NCBI GenBank assembly: GCA_958296135.2
Contig: CATQHZ020000001.1
Coordinates: 1,440,001 to 1,504,000, forward strand
DNA: 64,000 nt
DNA from: an uncultured Poribacteria bacterium
GTDB taxonomy: Bacteria > Poribacteria > WGA-4E > WGA-3G
Direction of reading: 5' to 3'
Shown: in pieces, positions 58,229 through 64,000 of the stretch
Numbering within the stretch: position 1 is the first letter of the stretch
Layout: every line of letters starts with the position of its first letter
Notes under the pieces: model-generated
Databases searched by the model: none
What the model saw: only the letters and a program-made list of their open reading frames with translations
What the model was told of the DNA's origin: nothing
Translations under genes and position numbers: made by a program

Positions 58229-58906
58229 TTGCGAAATACAAAAATACGCACCCTTTTCTTCATCATCGCAACGCTAGCCCTCATCGTCTTGTTCAATTCT
58301 GTTATTGACAGCACGTTGGATTTTCGGTTGTTTGCGCTGTCCCCGAAGATTCTCAAATACCGGCGGCCGCTCCAGCAGCATGCCCGGGAACAGAGCCTGG
58401 ATTGGCTATTGGTAGGCGCGCTCATCGTGCAGGAATCTGGGTTTGATGAGCATGCCATTAGTGCTGTCGGCGCGCAAGGATTGGCACAACTGATGCCGGC
58501 GACGGCGAGAGAGCTCGGTGTCCGCGACCCGTTTGATGCAGGGCAGAACATTGAAGGCGCGACAAAATACCTGCGTCAGTTATATGATGCGTTTTCTGGT
58601 GTTGAGCCCGAGGCGCGTATTCGGCTTGCGCTTGCGAGTTACAACGGCGGCAAGGGACGCGTCCGAGATGCACAGGCGATTGTTCGGTATCAGCAGGGGA
58701 ATCCGTTGGAATGGGGAGAGGTTAGCGGCGCGCTCTTTCTGTTGACAGAGGAGGCGGCGCAGTTACACCGCCGCGTGTGGCCAGAGAATGGGAAGCCGCC
58801 GCACCGCTATTTCCAGGGCGCGAACGAGACGCGGGACTACGTTGAGAAGGTGATGCTTTACTATGAGCGGCTCCGATTTTATCGGGGCGTGCTGTTTTTT
58901 CTGTAG
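58229..58906 (+). CDS. Lytic transglycosylase, SLT domain
   Basis: 'LIVQESGF', 'GAQGLAQLMPATA', 'ALASYNGG', 'ETRDYVEKV'. Confidence 0.9.
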   Translation: MRNTKIRTLFFIIATLALIVLFNSVIDSTLDFRLFALSPKILKYRRPLQQHAREQSLDWLLVGALIVQESGFDEHAISAVGAQGLAQLMPATARELGVRDPFDAGQNIEGATKYLRQLYDAFSGVEPEARIRLALASYNGGKGRVRDAQAIVRYQQGNPLEWGEVSGALFLLTEEAAQLHRRVWPENGKPPHRYFQGANETRDYVEKVMLYYERLRFYRGVLFFL

Positions 58907-58980
58907 GGGCTCGGTGCAGTGGCGATAACTCTATGAGATACTAGGAGAACCTACCCTAATCTAGCAGTGTGCATTTTTAT

Positions 58981-59009
58981 TTGCATTCCGCTTGAATTTG
59001 TGGTAGAAT
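58981..59009 (+). promoter_or_regulatory. Extended -10 promoter driving tnpB
   Basis: TTGCAT, 17 nt, TAGAAT preceded by TGn. Confidence 0.7.
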
Positions 59010-59110
59010 GTAGTTACCGTTGGGGGCGAGACTGCTAGGCGCGGCTGCCCGCCGTGTCTCTCGCCCCACCTATCTAGCAGAAGGTGACACCCAACGGGAA
59101 CGGTGATTCT

Positions 59111-60337
59111 ATGGCACTACGAGCCCAGAAGATAGCACTCAAACCTAGCGAGAAACAAGTTGCGATGTTCTGTCGTCACGTGGATTTCGCCCGTGTCGCC
59201 TATAATGCGGCGCACTCGGAATCCCGTGACGCCGCGCGTTGGATGTCTGTCTACGACATTAAGAAGGCATTCAACTCTCGCAAACGTGACGTGTTCCCCG
59301 AATTCGCGGACTGCTCGCAGAACGCTGGTAAGAATGCTATCCACGCCTTTGAGGATGCTCGCCAACGTTGGAAGTCCGGACAGAACAATCGTCCCAAGCG
59401 GAAGACGCATAAATCAAAGCCATCGTTCCAAATTGACAACGGCGTTGGCACTGTCCGTATCACGGCGGATGGTAACGCTGCTGTCCTCCCGAAAATAGGT
59501 CATGTGAGGTTGCGAGAGAAACCACGCTATGTCGGCGAGATTCGCCGCGCCTTCATATCCCGAAAGGCAAGCACCTGGTTTATCAGCATCCTCGTCGAAG
59601 TTGATGTCCCGGAACCGCCCGACACGTCAGCACTGCCCCCTGCAGGTTGTGATGTCGGCATCTCTGCCCTCGCCACAATGGACGATGGCACTGTCTATGA
59701 AAATCCGCGTGCCTTGCGCGTCAATGAACGCAAACTACGCCGTGCAAATAAGGCACTCTCCCGCAAGACGTTCCTGAGCCGCAACTGGTGGAAGGCGAAG
59801 GAACGCCTCGCTCGCCTGCATGCCCGTATCGCAAATATCCGGAGCGATGCCCATCATCAGGCGACACATCGCATCCTGCAAGGCATCTCGGCACTTGGCA
59901 TCGAGAGCCTCACCGTGAAAGGTTTGATGAAAAATCGCAAGCTTAGCAAGGCACTCGCTGACGCAAGCCTCGGTGGTTTTCTCGTCAAACTTAAATACAA
60001 AGCGGTGCGCCGTGGTATCCGCATTGTGTCGGCAGATCAGTTCTGGCCGTCAACACAGCGATGCAGTTCCTGTGGCTACGTCAAACGTGGCGAATTCAAA
60101 CTGACGCTCAAGGACAGAGAATACCACTGCGGTGTTTGTGGATTCGTTGAAGATCGGGATGTCAACGCCGCTATAAACCTTCGACAACTCGCGTCTAGCA
60201 CGGACGAGAGTCTAAACGCCTGTGGAGATGCTGTCACACCTACTTTGGTAGGCTGGCATCAGAACCCGCGTGTGCGCGGAAGAAGCAGGAAACCGCTGAC
60301 CGAACAGAGACTCGTAGACTTTGCACATGGCAGATAA
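59111..60337 (+). CDS. tnpB: RNA-guided endonuclease TnpB
   Basis: N-terminal HTH-like region, RuvC-I 'GCDVG', RuvC-II 'GIESL', Zn ribbon 'CSSCG...CGVCG', RuvC-III 'DRDVNAAINL'. Confidence 0.93.
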   Translation: MALRAQKIALKPSEKQVAMFCRHVDFARVAYNAAHSESRDAARWMSVYDIKKAFNSRKRDVFPEFADCSQNAGKNAIHAFEDARQRWKSGQNNRPKRKTHKSKPSFQIDNGVGTVRITADGNAAVLPKIGHVRLREKPRYVGEIRRAFISRKASTWFISILVEVDVPEPPDTSALPPAGCDVGISALATMDDGTVYENPRALRVNERKLRRANKALSRKTFLSRNWWKAKERLARLHARIANIRSDAHHQATHRILQGISALGIESLTVKGLMKNRKLSKALADASLGGFLVKLKYKAVRRGIRIVSADQFWPSTQRCSSCGYVKRGEFKLTLKDREYHCGVCGFVEDRDVNAAINLRQLASSTDESLNACGDAVTPTLVGWHQNPRVRGRSRKPLTEQRLVDFAHGR

Positions 60338-60377
60338 GTCTACATTTGACGAGATTCTCATAGGTTATGTAGTGCGG
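60190..60377 (+). ncRNA. Putative TnpB omegaRNA/reRNA scaffold overlapping the tnpB 3' end (boundaries approximate)
   Basis: Hairpin-rich region with 'cgcctgtggag...gaagcagga', 'gatgc..gcatc', 'cctac..gtagg', 'gtagactt..aagtctac'; position as established for TnpB systems. Confidence 0.55.
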
Positions 60378-60564
60378 CTTAAACGGACTTTGCATGGCGA
60401 GGGCCTATAGGGACTGTAGCGCGGGGGCCTGTCCCCCGCGGTCGTTCAACGATGATGAATTTCATGATGCTTTCTCTTTTTTGCCATCGCTAGGAAGAAA
60501 AACGTCTTGCAACGGTGTGGCGATGTCCGGTTCCAATTATTTTAACCGATTTGCCTTGGTTTTG

Positions 60565-61038
60565 TCAAGTGCCCAGTTGCGCCAATTTTTCGGCGCGATA
60601 TGCGAAAATCTTTTCGATATCCCGTCTCACGAACAACGCATTTACGATTGAATTTCCCCACACGGCGTATGCCACCTCATCCCCAACGACGGTGCCGCCC
60701 GGTGTCTCAGCGAACGTATGCGTATGCCGCCAGCGACGATAGGGGCCTCGGCGTTGCTCATCAACGAAGTAGGCGTGCCCTCCCGGTTTTGATACGTTAG
60801 CGCGCGGGGGCTCCCATGCGGTTATCTCACTCTGCCAACGGAGGGGGATGCCGCGGAGTTTCAACTGATAGTCAATCAACGTGCCGACTTGCATCGTAAT
60901 CGGTGCTGGTGTCAGCACTTCAAACCGAAGCCATGGCGGTGTAATCGCCGCGAGGTTGTGCGCATCCGAAAAGAACGCGAAGACTTCGGCGATAGGCTTC
61001 TCAATCGTCTGCTGCGTTGTGAAACGGAAGGTTTTCAT
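60565..61038 (-). CDS. SRPBCC family protein
   Basis: 'VFAFFSDAHNLAAITPPWL', 'FVDEQRRGPYRRWRHTHTF', 'IFAYR'. Confidence 0.85.
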   Translation of the reverse strand: MKTFRFTTQQTIEKPIAEVFAFFSDAHNLAAITPPWLRFEVLTPAPITMQVGTLIDYQLKLRGIPLRWQSEITAWEPPRANVSKPGGHAYFVDEQRRGPYRRWRHTHTFAETPGGTVVGDEVAYAVWGNSIVNALFVRRDIEKIFAYRAEKLAQLGT

Positions 61039-61070
61039 GGTTTGCACAGGGCGAAGAGAGACATCCACCT

Positions 61071-61400
61071 TTACGATTCTTCTGTCTCCAATTGTGAGAG
61101 CCGTTTGTCCAACGCTTTCTGCTGCTGCTCTACCCGCAGCACGTAAAGCATGAATACCAACCAGATAACGAAGTATGCACCGGCGAGGTATTTGAGACGG
61201 TTCCGTTGCGCCGTTTCTAATTTCGCGACAGCGAGTTGGGTGGCGGCGGTGACTTCCTCTTCATCAACGTTAATTTGTGCTTCGGCGATTGCATCCGACA
61301 CCGCGGTGGATACCTCGTCCGCTGTTAAGGTTACGGGAATCTGGGTTGTTAAAAAGAGCGCGAGAGGAATTAAAAAAGTGGCTAAGATGAGTATTCTCAT
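61071..61400 (-). CDS. ccmD: CcmD-like protein with N-terminal extension
   Basis: C-terminal 'YLAGAYFVIWLVFMLYVLRVEQQQKALDKRL'; downstream of ccmC. Confidence 0.6.
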   Translation of the reverse strand: MRILILATFLIPLALFLTTQIPVTLTADEVSTAVSDAIAEAQINVDEEEVTAATQLAVAKLETAQRNRLKYLAGAYFVIWLVFMLYVLRVEQQQKALDKRLSQLETEES

Positions 61401-61419
61401 AAAGGTTTCTCCTAGTGCG

Positions 61420-61673
61420 ATGGCTCGCGAGGGACAGGCCCTCGCGCTACGGTTGAGTGGCTATTCTTTCCCGTAGGGCGAGGGCCTGTCCCTCGCCATG
61501 TCTCGGTTCTGGGGAGTTTGCGAGGGCCTGTCCCTCGTGCTCCGGTTGCCGAAAGGCCCTGCAATCGGGACAAGGATGTTCCTCTGCAATCTGTCCCTCA
61601 CAAGCATCGAGACCGGGAGGGCTCTCCTACAAGGGAGGATGTCCCTCCTACTGCAATCTGTCCCTCTTGCTAC
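61420..61673. repeat. Mosaic cluster of family-A and family-E REP-like elements between ccmC and ccmD
   Basis: 'cgcgagggacaggccctcgcgctac', 'gtagggcgagggcctgtccctcgcc', 'gcgagggcctgtccctcg', 'atcgagaccgggagggctctcctac', duplicated 'ctgcaatctgtccctc'. Confidence 0.85.
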
Positions 61674-62332
61674 GGGCCTGGGACGTTGTGAATCATTTCA
61701 TAGCGGGCCTCTGTCTTCTTCAACTGATACCGCAGCCCTGTGAGGAGGACAAAAAGCAGAATGAACGCGACAAGCGATACCATCCATGTCCACTGCATGG
61801 GCGGTGCGAGGTTCCACTTCGTGCCCCGGTCGGGATGTAATCCGCCTTGCCAGATATCCACGGCGTAGTAGACAATCGGCACGTCGAGGTAGGCGATGAT
61901 GCCGAGTACGGCTGAATAGATTCTGCGTTTGTCCTCTGCGAACGCCGAACGCAAGATAAAGTAGCCGACATACATCAACCACAAGATCAGCGTGCTAGTG
62001 AGTCTCGGTTCCCAATTCCACCACGTATTCCATGCGTACCGTGCCCAAATCGGTCCGGAGAGGAGTGCTATGGTGCAGAAGACGAGGCCGAGTTCAGCGG
62101 CGGCGGCGGCGAGCAAATCGTCTGTCGGTTTGCGTTTGATGAGGTATTTGATGCTCATTACAAAGTTCACGCCGAATGCAACGAAGACGGTGAGTGCGGC
62201 GGAGACGTGGAAGTAGAAAATCTTCTGGACTTCCAGCATGGTGCTTTCAATCGGTGCGTACCCGAAGACGAGATAAAGTGAGATGAAAAGTAGGGTTGCG
62301 GTAAAAATCGTGATAATTTTCATGATATCCAA
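61670..62332 (-). CDS. ccmC: Heme exporter / cytochrome c maturation protein CcmC
   Basis: 'KIFYFHVS', WWD motif 'GPIWARYAWNTWWNWEPRLTS', 'GGLHP'. Confidence 0.9.
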   Translation of the reverse strand: MDIMKIITIFTATLLFISLYLVFGYAPIESTMLEVQKIFYFHVSAALTVFVAFGVNFVMSIKYLIKRKPTDDLLAAAAAELGLVFCTIALLSGPIWARYAWNTWWNWEPRLTSTLILWLMYVGYFILRSAFAEDKRRIYSAVLGIIAYLDVPIVYYAVDIWQGGLHPDRGTKWNLAPPMQWTWMVSLVAFILLFVLLTGLRYQLKKTEARYEMIHNVPGP

Positions 62333-63105
62333 ATGGGGCTCTCCGTGAGAATTTCTGGGCCGTCCGACAGCACCGCTACAGTATGTTCAAAGAAAGCGGA
62401 GAGACTGCTGTCTGTTGTTGCGATAGTCCATCCGTCTTCTAGGCATTCCACTTCTGCTCCGCCTGCATTCACCATGGCTTCGATGGCGAGCACCATCCCG
62501 GTTCTCAGCCGTGTGCCTCTCTCTGGGGTGCCGAAACAGGGGAGTTCTGGTTTCTCATGGAGGTGGCGTCCGATGCCGTGTCCTGCGTAATTCTGAATGA
62601 CAGAGAACCCGGCGGATTCTGCGACGGTTTGCAATTGCGATGCGATGTCGCCGACGCGGTTGCCCGGCTTCGCCTGTGCAATGGCGGCGTATAGCGATGC
62701 TTTTGTGATATCAAGGAGCCGTTGCGCTTGGGGTGAGACATCGCCGACGGGGAAAGTGAAGGCGTTATCGCCGTGATACCCGCCGAGTTTGACTGCCGTG
62801 TCGACTCCGATGATGTCCCCGGTGTGCAATTTCTCATGCTTGTTTGGGATGCCGTGTATGACGACATCGTTGCGTGAGACGCAGATGCGTGCGGGATAGG
62901 GTGGATGTTCGGGGATTCGATAGTTCAGAAACGAGGGGATAGCGTTAACAGCGGCTGTCGCCTCCTTTGCCACCTGTTCCAGTTCTGCGGTAGAGATGCC
63001 GGGCTGAATTGCTTCTGCGATTCGGTGTAGCACGTGTGCGGCGGCTTTTCCGCTTTGGCGCATCCGTTCAATTTCGCGTTGGTTTTTAATCGTAAGTTTG
63101 TGCAT
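62320..63105 (-). CDS. map: Methionine aminopeptidase type I
   Basis: 'CVSRNDVVIHGIP', 'GDIIGVD', 'YHGD', 'GHGIGRHLHEKP', 'AIEAMV', 'FEHTV'. Confidence 0.95.
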   Translation of the reverse strand: MHKLTIKNQREIERMRQSGKAAAHVLHRIAEAIQPGISTAELEQVAKEATAAVNAIPSFLNYRIPEHPPYPARICVSRNDVVIHGIPNKHEKLHTGDIIGVDTAVKLGGYHGDNAFTFPVGDVSPQAQRLLDITKASLYAAIAQAKPGNRVGDIASQLQTVAESAGFSVIQNYAGHGIGRHLHEKPELPCFGTPERGTRLRTGMVLAIEAMVNAGGAEVECLEDGWTIATTDSSLSAFFEHTVAVLSDGPEILTESPIWIS

Positions 63106-63276
63106 GGTATTCTGTGGATGAGGGCAACGAGGTGTAATACCAAATTAAGTTGATTTGTCGCGCGCCTCTAGATGAAGTTCGCCGGATTTGGACCCGCATG
63201 TCATACAGGGCATGGCTCGGATTCTCTTCCCAGCTCAGTGCCGGGCTCAGGCTGCTTCGCAGGAAACCCGAACGAC

Positions 63277-64000
63277 TCAGGTTAATTTGGTATAAGCCCG
63301 CGTCAGTTCTACTTCAGTATCTGCGATGTTGCATAAACCGGCGTATTCTTGCTGAATTTTTTCATGCGCAACCTTGCCGCCGATCTGGTAGAGACAAATT
63401 TTCTCTGCCACTTTTCGGTTGGGCTGCGCGGTAATCATGCGTTGCCGCGTTTCGTCCCAGAGGAGGCCTGCCCACGGGGTATTAGCGAGTTCCATTGGGA
63501 TTTCCGAGATGCGTCTAGTGGTTTCTTTTTCGCACCCCCCTGAATCCTTCGCGTGTCTGACGACGTGCGCTATCATCAGAAGTCCCAGGGGCCGGAAAAG
63601 GAGGTGTCCGCCGTTGCTGTGGCGATAGCGTTTTGTAATATGCGCGTCCGGCTGGTTTGCGAGTACCTCATTGATAGGTGGAAATGCCGCTGCCAGCGTG
63701 TTCCAGAAGCGTTCACTTTTGGCGTAAAATTCGGCGAGGGTGCTATCCGCCGGCCGATGCCGCTTGAATTCATCCCATCCCTTTTCCGTTCTAAACAAGA
63801 TGTCCAAAACATCGTAAAGCGTCGTAATTGTCGTCCAGTTCCTATTATCTTCTGCGAGGGTTTTCGTTGTCGCGAGCGAAATTTTCTCTTGAAAGAGCGG
63901 GTGGTTTTCAACGAGTTGCCGCGTTGTGATTGCGATGATGTCGTCCTCATCCTGCGCGACAATCTCGCTTTTACTGCTAGGTTTCGCGGCGCGGTTCAGC
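63277..64000 (-). CDS. DndB/DGQHR-domain family protein, C-terminal part (truncated by window edge)
   Basis: The frame stays open to the window end and reads 'LNRAAKPSSKSEIVAQDEDDIIAITTRQLVE', later 'GGHLLFRPLG' and 'PWAGLLWD'. Confidence 0.65.
   Translation of the reverse strand, partial: LNRAAKPSSKSEIVAQDEDDIIAITTRQLVENHPLFQEKISLATTKTLAEDNRNWTTITTLYDVLDILFRTEKGWDEFKRHRPADSTLAEFYAKSERFWNTLAAAFPPINEVLANQPDAHITKRYRHSNGGHLLFRPLGLLMIAHVVRHAKDSGGCEKETTRRISEIPMELANTPWAGLLWDETRQRMITAQPNRKVAEKICLYQIGGKVAHEKIQQEYAGLCNIADTEVELTRAYTKLT

Larger units (their letters stand above)
58913..60377 (+). mobile_element. Non-autonomous IS607-like element encoding TnpB only (left boundary 58913 or 58921)
   Basis: Left end has CTA-led motifs at 10-bp period (58931, 58941, 58951, 58961); right end has the inverted array including 'tctcatagg' and ends ...gtgcGG; no tnpA. 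Confidence 0.65.

Noticed and set aside
59023-59080. HDV-like/theta ribozyme
   Set aside because: The stem order is similar, but the GG for P1.1, the L3 consensus and the J4/2 C-R-A catalytic motif are absent.
63190-63250. Cobalamin riboswitch (CACTG...TGGGAAG...AGCCA on the minus strand)
   Set aside because: The upstream GGGAA/GGTGxAAxTCC elements and a full B12 box are missing.

Overview
Bacterial chromosomal window with about 50 CDSs, five tRNA genes and no rRNA or CRISPR array. Secreted proteins ending in '[AP]V[EDA]PxxKL[AT]TxW[GA]xLK' and a protein with an 'LLPNYPNPFNPETWIPYQL' C-terminal domain suggest Candidatus Poribacteria or a relative; this is inferred from motifs and not tested. 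Housekeeping genes (mutS2-dnaG-rpoD-tRNAs, glcD/glcE, dsbD, map-ccmC-ccmD, NAD synthetase) are mixed with defence-like cassettes. These are two ATPase + nuclease-like gene pairs, two PIN toxin-antitoxin loci, a methyltransferase split at a G9 tract, a helicase-less type ISP/IIG-like methylase and a DndB/DGQHR-like gene at the right edge. There is also a non-autonomous IS607-like TnpB element and a candidate biosynthetic cluster (Fe-ADH, beta-propeller, HemN-like radical SAM, CoA ligase, flavin halogenase). The most striking unexplained structure is at least four families of ~25-bp GTAG/GTAA-footed REP-like repeats. They occupy many intergenic spaces, supply stop codons to several genes, and sit in-frame inside at least six protein-coding genes, including a 5-unit array in the methylase and a 2-unit array in NAD synthetase.
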